The translations under genes were made by a program, and so were the position numbers. From a candidate division FCPU426 bacterium (GTDB lineage: Bacteria > Oederibacteriota > Muellerivitia > Muellerivitales > Muellerivitaceae), in contig CAWKAR010000003.1 in NCBI GenBank assembly GCA_963847625.1, positions 110,350-174,349 on the forward strand: a DNA stretch of 64,000 nt. The letters run 5' to 3'. This document shows, in pieces, positions 10,481-20,659 of the stretch. How positions within the stretch are numbered: the stretch's first letter is position 1; every line of letters starts with the position of its first letter. The notes beneath the pieces were generated by a model. That model was not told the origin of the DNA, did no database searches, and saw only the letters and a program-made list of their open reading frames with translations.

Positions 10481-11620
10481 TCAAAAAGGTTGGCCATCGA
10501 CCGAACCACAGTATTCGTAGACGCGCACATTCACATTTTTCCCTTTCAACTGCAGCTCGCCGATATCCCTGAAGTCCCGAGGATTCTTGAGCCGCGAATA
10601 CGTCGATTCGGTGACCAAGATCGAGCCTGGTTTTGCCATGGTTTGCACGCGCGCCGCCGTATTCACGGGGTCTCCGATGACCATCACTTCTTTTCGCGTT
10701 AAGGAACCCACTTCACCCCGGATTACCATCCCGCTGTTGATGCCGATTCGGACAGGGAGGGACTGTTTCCCTTCCTGCAGGCGGTCCTCGTCTATCCGGT
10801 GGATGATTTTCTGGATGCGGATGCCCGCTTGGACGGCATCGTTGGCGTCATTGAAAACGGCCAGCGCGGCATCCCCCATGAACTTATCGATATCCCCACG
10901 GCATTCCCGGATCGGCACCTCGCAAAGACTGAATATTGTGTTTAGCGCCCAGACCACTTCCGAAGGGGTTTCAGTCTCGACGAACGCCGTGAACCCCACG
11001 ATGTCCAGGAACAAAATCGTCAGATCAAGAACTTCAGCTTTCGCCTCCCGGGAGGTCGATGCCTGGGTAAAAGCCTCGCTATAGCTGGCGAAGGAGACGT
11101 ATCTCTTGATGATCTTGTTGAATTTCTGCAGGAGCAGCCGAAGATCCTCTGCCTTGGTGATATCCCGAAAGTATTCAATGGCCCCTATTATGCGGCCTTC
11201 GTTGTCCTTTAGGGGAGTGACGTGGGTGAGGACCGGGAAACGATGTCCCTTCTTGTGCAACGGAAAAATCTTTGCTTGAATAGGCTTCTCTTCGTCCATA
11301 GAACGCTGGAGGGGACAGGATCCCGTACAAAGAAGATTTCCGTTCACGTCAATATGGTTGAGGATATTGTCAGAACAAGGACGACCCAGGACCTCCGCGG
11401 CGCTGTATCCCGTGATATTCTCGGCACCCTTATTCCAGAAGATGATCCGCCTCTGCCGATCCGTGACGTAGATACCGTCGAAAGGGACATCCAGCAGCAT
11501 CTCGACATTTGGAAGTATCCGGATCATTTCAGCAAAGGAATTCGAGTTTATTCCTTCACCGGCTCCCCTAATATTTTCTTCCGCCACTGGACCTCCGTTT
11601 GTTTCTAAAATCTTTTGCAA
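10481..11620 (-). CDS. PAS-domain adenylate/guanylate cyclase
   Basis: PAS (WNKGAENITGY), FLDIVGFT, DKFMGD, GDPVNTAARVQ, LKGK. Confidence 0.88.
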   Translation of the reverse strand: MQKILETNGGPVAEENIRGAGEGINSNSFAEMIRILPNVEMLLDVPFDGIYVTDRQRRIIFWNKGAENITGYSAAEVLGRPCSDNILNHIDVNGNLLCTGSCPLQRSMDEEKPIQAKIFPLHKKGHRFPVLTHVTPLKDNEGRIIGAIEYFRDITKAEDLRLLLQKFNKIIKRYVSFASYSEAFTQASTSREAKAEVLDLTILFLDIVGFTAFVETETPSEVVWALNTIFSLCEVPIRECRGDIDKFMGDAALAVFNDANDAVQAGIRIQKIIHRIDEDRLQEGKQSLPVRIGINSGMVIRGEVGSLTRKEVMVIGDPVNTAARVQTMAKPGSILVTESTYSRLKNPRDFRDIGELQLKGKNVNVRVYEYCGSVDGQPF

Positions 11621-11711
11621 CCAACTGCATTACACTACAAAGCTATTAACCGAAATTTCCCAGATAATCTACTCCATTATAGAAGTAAGTTATGAAAGTA
11701 AATCCATCAGC

Positions 11712-11739
11712 TGTCAAATCCGGGTCCCTGCCGTGGACA
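11712..11739 (+). repeat. Cassette-boundary site C
   Basis: TGTCAA ATCCGGG TCCCT GCCG TGGACA. Confidence 0.75.
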
Positions 11740-11918
11740 AACAAAAACATAAAACTCTTGTATTTTAGCTCTTTGGTAAAACCGGCGGAAAATCTTCGAA
11801 AACCAGGGAAAATTGAAGGGTGATTCTGGGTACATCAAGGGAAGAAAAATATATCGCGGCGGGCAAGGCCTGGGAATATACATTTCTTGGTGCGGCTGAT
11901 TTTAAAATATGGCCTAAT

Positions 11919-14357
11919 TTAATTCTGTGTAATTTTCCGGATTAAATAGTTCCATGTATCCGCAACATAAACGTTTCCAGCGGAATCCACCGCGACTCCA
12001 TAAGGATGATTAAACGTTGCGCAGGCACCCATTCCGTTCGTGGAGCCCGTAATCCCCGCTGATCCCGCCAGGGTCGTTACCACACCTCCAGTGCCGATCA
12101 CCTTGATCAAATAGTTGTAAGAATCCGCTACATAAACATTCCCCGATGAATCGACCGCGATTCCAAAAGGCCAATTGAAACCCCCCGCCAGGAACGTCAC
12201 CACCCCCGCCGGGCTGATTTCCAGGACATCGTTGTTATACGTATCGGCGACGTATACGTTCCCCGATAAATCGACCGCAACTCCCATGGGACTATTAAAG
12301 CCTGCGGCGGACCCCGCCAGAGTTGTCACTACCCCCCCGGAGGTAATTTCCCGGATCATATTGTTGCCGGTATCCGCGACATAAACGTTCCCCGACGAAT
12401 CCACCGCGACTCCAGAGGGGCTATTGAATGACGCGGCGGTCCCGGTACCGTTGGCGGAACCCGCAGACCCTGACCCCGCCAGGGTTGTCACCACACCTCC
12501 CGGGCTGATTTCCCGGATCATGTTATTTTGGTTATCGGCGACGTAAACATTTCCGGAAGAATCGACAGCGACACCACGGGGATGTTTAAAAGACGCGGCG
12601 GTCCCTGTTCCGTTGGCGGATCCGAAAGGCAATGACCCCGCCAGGGTTGATACCGCGCCCCCGGGGCTGATTTCCAGGATCAGATAATCCCCGACGTAAA
12701 TATTCCCGGAGGAATCGACCGCGATTCCCCAGGGTTCACTGAACGATGCCGGGCCCGCCAGGGTCGTTACCACTCGGCCGGAACATGGGGTGTTGGTGGG
12801 GGTATTCGTCGGCGTAAAGGTGATTGTCGGGGTTGGCGAAATCGTAATGGTAAAAGTCATGGTGGGGCTAAAAGTGGCCGTCACATAGGGCCCGCCGATC
12901 GGGCAGCTGTTCAACCAGATACTGGCCTGGGCCACCGCGTAATGGGTGGTGCATTGGTTCGTAAGGACCGTTGGGCAACTGGTATAAGCGGTGCCTCCGT
13001 CGATGGCCCCTAATTTGTAACTTGCGCCTGAGGTGTTGAAATGGGGGTTGCAGGTTGGGTTACAGCTTGTGGCAAGATATGCAAGCCAATAGCTTTTTCC
13101 CCCGCCGGGCAGGTAAGTGGGACTTTGCACGTTGAAAAGATTCACGCCGCTGGTGGTGGTTTGGATGTTTGTTTGGGCTACCAGGGTACCCGGCTGTGCC
13201 GAAGCGTCGTTATAGATGGCCATTTGGACGCTGAATCCGGTGTCCAACATGTTGATTTCCATGGAGTAAACGGAAAGATCGGGCCCGGTGACAGTAATAG
13301 GGACAGCTAGGATGTATTGGGCGGGGAAATTCGAGGAACCATCCGCCGTTGGAAAACCAAAAACCGAATAATAGGGGCAAAGCGGTGTCAAGGGTGTGGT
13401 TGGGGTATTGGTGGGGGTGGAAGTGGCGGTGGAGGTTGCGGTGTTGGTGGGGGTCCCGGTAAAGGTATTGGTCGGGGTAACTGTAGAAGTGTTTGTGAAG
13501 GTGTCCGTCATTGTATTAGTCGGAGAATCCGTAGGGGTGTTCGTGTCCGTCGCTGTCGGTGTCGCCGTGTCGGTTGGAGTTGGTGAGGGTGTATTCGTAG
13601 GAGTGGAAGACGGGGTTTCCGTCGGGGTGTTCGTGTCCGTCGCTGTCGGTGTCGCCGTGTCGGTTGAAGTTGGTGAGGGTGTATCCGTAGGAGTGGAAGA
13701 CGGGGTTTCCGTCGGGGTGTTCGTGTCCGTCGCTGTCGGTGTCGCCGTGTCGATTGGAGTTGGTGAGGGTGTATCCGTAGGAGTGGAAGACGGGGTTTCC
13801 GTCGGGGTGTTCGTGTCCGTCGCTGTCGGTGTCGCCGTGTCGATTGGAGTTGGTGAGGGTGTATCCGTAGGAGTGGTCGTCGCGGTATCCGTCAGGGTGT
13901 CGGTAGCGGTATTGGTCCCAGTTTCAGTCGAAGTATTCGTTTCCGTATAAGAGGGTGTTGAAGTCGTTGAACTAGTGGCTGTCGATGTCACCATATTGGT
14001 AAAGGTATCAGTCGTCGTGCCGGTAGTCGTAAGGGTATCCGTCATGGTGGGGGTGTTGGTATAAGTCACCGTGGAGGTGGAAGAAACTGTGGGAGTAGGA
14101 GTTTCCGTGATGGTTGAAATTCGAGTCCATGTATTCGTGGCCATGGGGGTGCTGGTCGGCGTCACGGTAAAGGGAATGGTGAAAATAGCCGTCAAGGTTG
14201 GTGTAGGGGTTGATGTTTGTGCCGGTGTATTGGTCGCGGTGGCTTTATTAACCGGTGGGGTAGTTGGGCTGTTTGAATTACTGCACGCGATGGGGAAAAT
14301 CAATAAAAACGATATAAGCAACAAAGCGAACCTGGGAAAATAAAAATAACGACGCAT
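11919..14357 (-). CDS. Surface lipoprotein with Thr/Pro-rich linker and NHL beta-propeller
   Basis: Lipobox PIAC, TPT repeats, repeated [16 protein letters not shown]. Confidence 0.85.
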   Translation of the reverse strand: MRRYFYFPRFALLLISFLLIFPIACSNSNSPTTPPVNKATATNTPAQTSTPTPTLTAIFTIPFTVTPTSTPMATNTWTRISTITETPTPTVSSTSTVTYTNTPTMTDTLTTTGTTTDTFTNMVTSTATSSTTSTPSYTETNTSTETGTNTATDTLTDTATTTPTDTPSPTPIDTATPTATDTNTPTETPSSTPTDTPSPTPIDTATPTATDTNTPTETPSSTPTDTPSPTSTDTATPTATDTNTPTETPSSTPTNTPSPTPTDTATPTATDTNTPTDSPTNTMTDTFTNTSTVTPTNTFTGTPTNTATSTATSTPTNTPTTPLTPLCPYYSVFGFPTADGSSNFPAQYILAVPITVTGPDLSVYSMEINMLDTGFSVQMAIYNDASAQPGTLVAQTNIQTTTSGVNLFNVQSPTYLPGGGKSYWLAYLATSCNPTCNPHFNTSGASYKLGAIDGGTAYTSCPTVLTNQCTTHYAVAQASIWLNSCPIGGPYVTATFSPTMTFTITISPTPTITFTPTNTPTNTPCSGRVVTTLAGPASFSEPWGIAVDSSGNIYVGDYLILEISPGGAVSTLAGSLPFGSANGTGTAASFKHPRGVAVDSSGNVYVADNQNNMIREISPGGVVTTLAGSGSAGSANGTGTAASFNSPSGVAVDSSGNVYVADTGNNMIREITSGGVVTTLAGSAAGFNSPMGVAVDLSGNVYVADTYNNDVLEISPAGVVTFLAGGFNWPFGIAVDSSGNVYVADSYNYLIKVIGTGGVVTTLAGSAGITGSTNGMGACATFNHPYGVAVDSAGNVYVADTWNYLIRKITQN
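13531..13876. repeat. 90-bp coding tandem repeat, about 3.8 units
   Basis: Near-identical units starting at 13531, 13621, 13711 and 13801. Confidence 0.9.
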
Positions 14358-14676
14358 AGCGGCCTCCCCTTATGCCATTTGTGGATTCTATCCTCGACCC
14401 AAATAACTCTCAAGTAGGTTAAGGTAAATTAATCAATGCCGGTTACTTTCTGTAAGGGGTAAATTGGATAGGAATTTGGGTGTTCGCGGTTAAGTTCGTC
14501 TTATCAAAGCCTGGAAAACGAGGGGTTATTTCAAAATTAACGCGGAAAGAAAAATAATATCCAACAATTCGGCTTCTTGAAATTTTCTATTTTCAAACTG
14601 GACCCTTTTACCTCACAGGTGTTTTCTAATGACACTTCCAACAAAATCAATATTTATTCCCTGATCACTTTTAGGT

Positions 14677-14704
14677 TGTCCACAATGGCTCCCCGTCGTG
14701 AACA
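14677..14704 (+). repeat. Cassette-boundary site D
   Basis: TGTCCA CAATGGC TCCCC GTCG TGAACA. Confidence 0.8.
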
Positions 14705-14778
14705 GCATATTTAGGGACAATTATTGAAATGGCATCTTTCCGATATTCTCGTTTTAAGGTCTATTCAGGGTAAAAAAT

Positions 14779-15300
14779 TTAATATTTACCCCGGTGGACG
14801 AGGTCCGACAGCGTTCGCCGTGAAGTCGGTGCCGGTTCTTCATCGGAATACCCCAATGGGAGTATGGTCACAGGCCTTATATGGGCTGGAACATCAATGG
14901 CCTCACGGACTTTCTCCTCGTTGAAAGCTCCCACCCATACAGTGACTAGACCCAATCCCGTCGCGGCAAGCTGGGTGTAGGCCGCGGCAATGGTTGCGTC
15001 CTGGACGCTGTACAAATCTTTTCCACGCGCCCCGTACTTGGATCCGCTTCGTTCCTCGTTTGCGCAAAAAACCAGCGCCAACGGCGCGGGCTTCGCGAAC
15101 GTCTGGCCCAAAAGGGCTGTCCACAACTGGTTCAGGAGATACGAATCGTCTACAACGACTATCTCGTATCCCTGGCTGTCCCCTGCTGAAGGGGCCTGGT
15201 TGGCAGCTTCGAGAATTTTATCCAAAATTTCGTTCTCGACTTGTTTTGCCAGGTAACCCCGAACGGACCGCCTTTTCCAAATGGCTTCAAAAAGTTCCAT
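14779..15300 (-). CDS. Nitroreductase family protein
   Basis: RRSVRGY, APSAGDSQ, GLVTVWVGAF, LPLGY. Confidence 0.9.
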   Translation of the reverse strand: MELFEAIWKRRSVRGYLAKQVENEILDKILEAANQAPSAGDSQGYEIVVVDDSYLLNQLWTALLGQTFAKPAPLALVFCANEERSGSKYGARGKDLYSVQDATIAAAYTQLAATGLGLVTVWVGAFNEEKVREAIDVPAHIRPVTILPLGYSDEEPAPTSRRTLSDLVHRGKY

Positions 15301-15387
15301 GATCCACCCCTTTCCGATCTTCTCCCAATATTCGATTTAATCTTTTATTAACTCTACAAAAGTATTCGCCTCTATGGAAAGCCTTAT

Positions 15388-16659
15388 TCATTTTTCGGGA
15401 TTTTCGGTCAGTGAAAATATTTCATTCAGCATTCGCGCATACTCAAGGCGGTCCCGATCGGTTTTCACCTTTTTCAGGTTGACCGAGGGCTCGTGTAGCA
15501 AGCGCGCCGTCAGATCGTGGACGAGACGTTCCACCGCTTTTCTTTCATTCTCCGACAGGTTGGGATGTTTTTTCAGGAATTCCTCCCATTCCGCGCGCCT
15601 AACTTCCTCAAAGCTGTCTCTCAGCCTCACCACGGTTGGCACCAATTCCAGCGAGTTGTACCAGGTGCAAAGCTTTTCCACCTCCTCGCGCAGGATAGCC
15701 TCGGCCGATTTCACGGCTTTCAACCGCCCGGCGCGGTTGGCTTCCGCGAGGCCCGCTAAATTGTCGATATTGTAAAGATAGACCGATTCGATTTTCCCCG
15801 CCCCGGGGTCCACGTTCCGGGGCACGGCGATATCGATGATTAAGAGGGGTTTACCATTCCGGTTTTTCATGGCCGTTTCAACTTGTTCCCGGGCCAATTG
15901 GAATTTTCCGCCGCCCACCGAAGTCACCACGATGTCCATCCAATCCATCCGGTTCACCCCCCCCTCCAGGGTCAGGGCTTCACCGCCCAGCTTCGCGGCG
16001 AGGATTTTCGCCTTCTCCAGGGTCCTGTTGGCGATGAAAAGACCCTGCACGCCGGCGTCAGCGAGGTATTTGGCCGTCAGTTCCCCCATCTCACCCGCGC
16101 CCAAAAGCAGAACCCGTTGGCTGGACAAGTCGCTGAAAATCTTGCCGGCCAGGTCCACCGCCACGCTGGAAACGTTGGTGGGCATCCGGGAGATTTCTGT
16201 CTGAGCGCGCACCCTCTTGGCGGCGGAAAAGGCCCTGTGGAAAACGCCGTGTAAAACGGCTCCGACCATGGAGCCGCAATAGGCTTGCCGGAAGGCATCC
16301 TTGACCTGTCCGAGGATTTGGGCTTCCCCCACTACCATGGAATCCAGGGAGCTCGCCACCCGGAAAAGATGGAGAAATGCGTCCGGGCCTTCGTAAATGT
16401 AAAAATACTTTTGGATTTCAGGGGGTTTCAACCGGTGGATTCGTCCCAAAACCTTCCGGATCCTAGCCAGGCACTGCCTTTCGGCGTCCGTAGCAACATA
16501 AAATTCCACCCGGTTGCAAGTGGAAAGGAATACCGCCTCGGCCGCCGCGGGCTTTAATTCCTCGAGAACTTTCAAAACCTTTTCGGGCGGCAAGGCGTAC
16601 TTTTCCCGGGTTGGAAGCGGGGCGGTCCTATGATTCATTCCGTAGGCAATGAACTTCAT
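15388..16659 (-). CDS. hemA: Glutamyl-tRNA reductase
   Basis: LSTCNRVE, SLDSMVVGEAQILGQVK, GAGEMG, DIAVPRNVD. Confidence 0.95.
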   Translation of the reverse strand: MKFIAYGMNHRTAPLPTREKYALPPEKVLKVLEELKPAAAEAVFLSTCNRVEFYVATDAERQCLARIRKVLGRIHRLKPPEIQKYFYIYEGPDAFLHLFRVASSLDSMVVGEAQILGQVKDAFRQAYCGSMVGAVLHGVFHRAFSAAKRVRAQTEISRMPTNVSSVAVDLAGKIFSDLSSQRVLLLGAGEMGELTAKYLADAGVQGLFIANRTLEKAKILAAKLGGEALTLEGGVNRMDWMDIVVTSVGGGKFQLAREQVETAMKNRNGKPLLIIDIAVPRNVDPGAGKIESVYLYNIDNLAGLAEANRAGRLKAVKSAEAILREEVEKLCTWYNSLELVPTVVRLRDSFEEVRRAEWEEFLKKHPNLSENERKAVERLVHDLTARLLHEPSVNLKKVKTDRDRLEYARMLNEIFSLTENPEK

Positions 16660-16710
16660 CCGGTTTCCTTAGTCGTTGGTTCTCTAAAACATGTGAAAAG
16701 TTGATAAAAA

Positions 16711-16738
16711 CCCTCATTCTGCCTCCCCAGCGTGGACA
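16711..16738 (+). repeat. Cassette-boundary site E (left arm degenerate)
   Basis: CCCTCA TTCTGCC TCCCC AGCG TGGACA. Confidence 0.65.
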
Positions 16739-17235
16739 ATGGTTCTTGGGATTATTCGGAGTGTTTTTCCAACCAAGACTTTGATTCTTTCAGGATTTCC
16801 TTATCCAACTTCGCATTTCCCTTTTGGATCTTTTCTTATCAGGGGTTATTTCTCCCTCATACATATCGTCAAATTCCCAATAAAGTCCAACCAATATTTC
16901 AATCCCATGGGAATCCCCGGAATATATTTTGGTTTAGTTGCTTAAACCCGCAGGGTTAAAGACGTACCTCATTAGTTTCCAAAGGCCCCCCCACCGGTTT
17001 CACCGAACCATCGGTTATAGATTCAAGGTGGTATCGAATCATTATACCGATACACTTGGCACAGGGGGTGTGCCAGTCTATTCTTCCAATTTTTCCATAA
17101 ACCTCCGGGTGAGATGATTACTAATTGGTAACCGTATTTAAAAGGGCTGGTAAAGTAGATACTTTGGCACTTTTTTTCGTAGTGGTATAATCTGAAATTG
17201 ATAATCTTGATTAAATCTGATTAAAGGGAGTTTTT

Positions 17236-17670
17236 ATGCCATACGCCTCAAAATCCTCCAAAACACTTTGGCTGTTGCTTTCATCTCTGGTGGCAATTTT
17301 CACCCTGGCAATCACGATAGCGATGGCAGACGAGGCCGCGACCGCTTGGGTGGCACCCGCTAAAGCCGCGAAAGTGAAAAATCCAGTCACAGCCGACAGC
17401 AGTTCGACCGCTTTGGGCAAAAAAGTTTACACGGGAAAGTGCCTCTCCTGCCACGGAATCCAGGGCAAGGGCGACGGCCCCATGTTCAAGGTTTTGAAAA
17501 AGAAACCCGGCGATTTGACCTCGGCCGAGGTCAAGGCTGAAACCGACGGTGCCCTCTTCTGGAAAGTCACCAAGGGGAAAAACCCCATGCCCACCTTCGC
17601 CAAGAACCTGACCGACAAGGAACGTTGGAACGTTGTCAATTACCTCCGCACACTCAACGCCGCGAAGTAA
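17236..17670 (+). CDS. Monoheme cytochrome c
   Basis: Signal peptide, CLSCH, DGALFWK..MP. Confidence 0.9.
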   Translation: MPYASKSSKTLWLLLSSLVAIFTLAITIAMADEAATAWVAPAKAAKVKNPVTADSSSTALGKKVYTGKCLSCHGIQGKGDGPMFKVLKKKPGDLTSAEVKAETDGALFWKVTKGKNPMPTFAKNLTDKERWNVVNYLRTLNAAK

Positions 17671-17693
17671 ATTAATTTCGAAAGGGGGGAATT

Positions 17694-19106
17694 ATGGGTC
17701 ATAGTCGAGTCGTGCCCGAAAAAAATACGTGGGGAATCAAATATCCTTTGTTGGGGTTGTTAGCCCTGGCGGTGATTTGGGGACTGACTTCCAGCGCCCA
17801 GGCCATTCCCAGCTTCTCGCGCCAAACCGGGATGTCCTGCGCGGCTTGCCACACCGCTTTCCCGGAGTTGACTCCCTACGGCCGCTGGTTCAAGTTGAAC
17901 GGCTATGTGTCCGGGGAAGCGGACCAAATCTCCGACAAGGACGATAAGACCGGCGACGTCGCGCTGGAGATCCAGAAGGGGCCTCCCCTATCGGCCATGC
18001 TCCAGGTCTCCGACGAGTTCGTGAAAAACCCAATTGATCCCAAACCCAATGCGGGAGACGATAATCGGGGTTTCTTGGCATTTCCAGCCCAATTCAGCCT
18101 TTTTTACGCAGGCGAAATCACCCCCAATATCGGTTCTTTTGTCCAATTCACTTATGATTCCAGTTCGGGATCGTTCGGCTGGGACAACACCGATATCCGT
18201 TACGCCACCCATTTCGATTTGGGTGGAACCGATACGATTTTCGGTCTGACCTTGAACAACAATCCGACGGTTCAGGATGTATTCAACACCGTCCCGGCTT
18301 GGGGATTCCCGTATACCACCCCCATCTCTAATCTTCCCGCCCCGGCCGCTCCACAAATCACAGGGTTGGGGGGTAATGTCGGGGGTTTGGGAGCCTACTT
18401 ATACTTGGATAAATTGCTCTATGTGGAGGCCAGCGCCTACCGGACCGCCTTCCAGGGTTTTGGCATCACTACTTCTTACCCCACTATCGAGGGTTTCGCT
18501 CCCTACGGGCGTTTGGCCTTGATAGAAGAATTCGGGGACAACTCGGTGGAAATCGGCGCCACGGGGATGGTTTTGGACGAGAGTCCCTTGGATGGAAGCG
18601 CCATCCCCCCGGGGATATCGCCGGACCGCTACGTGGATTACTCGGTGGACGCCCAATATCAATACACCACCAAAGACATCCAGGGATCCATCCAAGCTTC
18701 ATGGATGAACGAGGATCAAACTTTGAACGCCTCGCAGGCCAATGCGTTATCAGCCAATTTAAACAATAATCTCCAGCTTCTCAAAGTGGCAGGCACCGTT
18801 TACCACCAACGCAAAATGGGGTTGACCCTGGCTTATTTCGGGGTCACCGGCACCACTGACACGACCCTTTATGCCCCGGCCCAATATACTGGTAGCGCCA
18901 ACGGAAGCCCGGAATCTGATGGTTTGATCTATGAGATCAATTTTGTACCCTGGCTGAATACCAAATTCACGCTCCAGTACACCGAATATTTTAAATTCAA
19001 CGGGACGGATGACACGGTGATAAGCGGTGTGGGTTATGATGGTGTCAGCGCCCGCAAAGCCTCCGATAATAACACCCTGATGGCCATGGCTTGGCTGGCT
19101 TATTAA
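17694..19106 (+). CDS. cyc2: Cyc2-like outer-membrane cytochrome c-porin fusion
   Basis: After the signal peptide: IPSFSRQTGMSCAACH..FPELTPYGRWFKLNGY; beta-barrel-like body; aromatic C-terminus (WLAY). Confidence 0.8.
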   Translation: MGHSRVVPEKNTWGIKYPLLGLLALAVIWGLTSSAQAIPSFSRQTGMSCAACHTAFPELTPYGRWFKLNGYVSGEADQISDKDDKTGDVALEIQKGPPLSAMLQVSDEFVKNPIDPKPNAGDDNRGFLAFPAQFSLFYAGEITPNIGSFVQFTYDSSSGSFGWDNTDIRYATHFDLGGTDTIFGLTLNNNPTVQDVFNTVPAWGFPYTTPISNLPAPAAPQITGLGGNVGGLGAYLYLDKLLYVEASAYRTAFQGFGITTSYPTIEGFAPYGRLALIEEFGDNSVEIGATGMVLDESPLDGSAIPPGISPDRYVDYSVDAQYQYTTKDIQGSIQASWMNEDQTLNASQANALSANLNNNLQLLKVAGTVYHQRKMGLTLAYFGVTGTTDTTLYAPAQYTGSANGSPESDGLIYEINFVPWLNTKFTLQYTEYFKFNGTDDTVISGVGYDGVSARKASDNNTLMAMAWLAY

Positions 19107-19157
19107 CCCGGCTCTAAAAACAACCTTGAGTATCGGCTTTCATAGGGCTTAATATCG

Positions 19158-19190
19158 AAAGCCCCCGGGTTTTCCCCGGGGACTTTTTTT
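19158..19190 (+). terminator. Rho-independent terminator
   Basis: CCCCGGG/CCCGGGG hairpin followed by a T-tract after cyc2. Confidence 0.7.
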
Positions 19191-19223
19191 CTAAACCGTT
19201 TTAAAACACCGTAAGGAATTCAC

Positions 19224-19496
19224 ATGCCCGTAAAGATTCCCCACCACCATCAACACACCGAGACCCATCAGGTTTCCTCCGCGGCCCTTAGGGACATCGT
19301 CATAGGCCTTTCCGACGGTCTCACCGTTCCCTTCGCGCTCGCGGCGGGCTTGAGCGAAGCCGTTTCTAGCAACTCCATCATCCTCATCGCGGGCTTGGCG
19401 GAAATCATCGCTGACACCATCTCCTCCTTCATCCAGGGCGGATCTAGGCCTTTTTTATTTTTTCACCCTGCTTTTCGGGGCTGTAAAGAAGACTGA
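19224..19496 (+). pseudogene. Truncated VIT1/CCC1 Fe/Mn transporter
   Basis: RDIVIGLSDGLTVPFALAAGLS..IAGLAEIIA, then similarity stops near 19425. Confidence 0.75.
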
Positions 19497-19652
19497 GTGG
19501 AAGTGGGTCCTATCAGGGGCTTGAAGGAGGATGAACGCACCAAGTAAATGACGTCCAGCGCCAAGGATCATCAGTCGGCCGTTTTCAGAATCTGTGGCAC
19601 GGTCGGGGAAAACGGTTTAAAATTGTGGCATGTTTTTTTGAAAGAGGCTCGC

Positions 19653-20045
19653 ATGAAGATCACGAAAATGGATCGTGTGTGGTATTTCCCGCTTTTCCTT
19701 TCCTTAACGGTTTTCCTTTCCACTTTTTGCACGGCCCTGGGTGAAGACCTGGAACTCGGGAAAAAACTCTTCGAAGGAAAATGCGCTCGATGCCATGGCA
19801 AGGTCGGGACGGGAAACCCCAAAATGGCCAAGCTGTTGAAAGTGCCTCTGAAAAAAGTCGACTTGCATCGGGACGAAGTCGTCCGTATGTCCGCATACCA
19901 AATCGAGGCGATGATCGATTCCGGTAAACATCGGATGCCAAAGTACAGGGGTAAATTGACGGACATGCAAATCCACGAGATCGCCCAGTACGTAAAGACC
20001 TTGACCGGAAACGAAAGCCGGAAAGAAGACGAAACCCCAAAATAA
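19653..20045 (+). CDS. Monoheme cytochrome c
   Basis: Signal peptide, CARCH, MPKY; likely start ATG 19653. Confidence 0.85.
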   Translation: MKITKMDRVWYFPLFLSLTVFLSTFCTALGEDLELGKKLFEGKCARCHGKVGTGNPKMAKLLKVPLKKVDLHRDEVVRMSAYQIEAMIDSGKHRMPKYRGKLTDMQIHEIAQYVKTLTGNESRKEDETPK

Positions 20046-20152
20046 GGCCTAAGGGAACCCGTGTTTCCCGCCCCGGATACGCCGCTGAGATTCCAGCCGG
20101 GCACTGAGTTCCGAAGTTTTTTAAACGCATTAAATTCCCCGAAGGAGAAGAA

Positions 20153-20659
20153 ATGTATCCGTCCGGAAAAAAGCTCAATGATCCCGTAAATCCCGGCCGC
20201 CGAAGATTCCTTGCAGGGGTCATCGCCTTTTTGGGCGGCGTTATCGCCTTTATGTTGGGTGGCGGAGGGGCCGTTTATTTCCTTTCGCCCGCCTGGCGGG
20301 GGAAAAAGGAGAACTGGGTGGAAGCCGGTCCCGAGACCGACCTGCCTGAGGGGCAGCCCGTTAAGAAGGAATTTATCCAGCGGACCATTGATGGATGGGC
20401 TACCAATGAAAACCGCGGCACCGTCTGGCTGTTGAAGGACAAGGGCACACTCACGGCTTTCAATCCCCATTGCACCCATCTGGGTTGCCCATACCGCTGG
20501 GATCCCGATAAGAATCTTTTCCTTTGTCCCTGCCATAACGGCGTTTATGACAAAAACGGAAGGGTGGTTTCCGGCCCCCCGCCCCGGCCGTTGGACCGCT
20601 ATCCCATGAAGGTGGAAAACGGGATGATCACGATCCTGCCTGAGGAGGCGAAGTCATGA
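20153..20659 (+). CDS. Rieske Fe-S protein (bc complex)
   Basis: Tat motif RRRFL, CTHLGC, CPCH, GPPPRPL. Confidence 0.92.
   Translation: MYPSGKKLNDPVNPGRRRFLAGVIAFLGGVIAFMLGGGGAVYFLSPAWRGKKENWVEAGPETDLPEGQPVKKEFIQRTIDGWATNENRGTVWLLKDKGTLTAFNPHCTHLGCPYRWDPDKNLFLCPCHNGVYDKNGRVVSGPPPRPLDRYPMKVENGMITILPEEAKS

Noticed and set aside
14676..14704. Site arms as paired DnaA boxes (TTGTCCACA)
   Set aside because: Only one arm matches fully, and this does not explain the conserved oriented TCCC core or fixed spacing. Not formally excluded.
17164..17180. Sigma-54 promoter for the cytochrome operon
   Set aside because: TGGCAC is present but the -12 element reads TTCG rather than TTGC.
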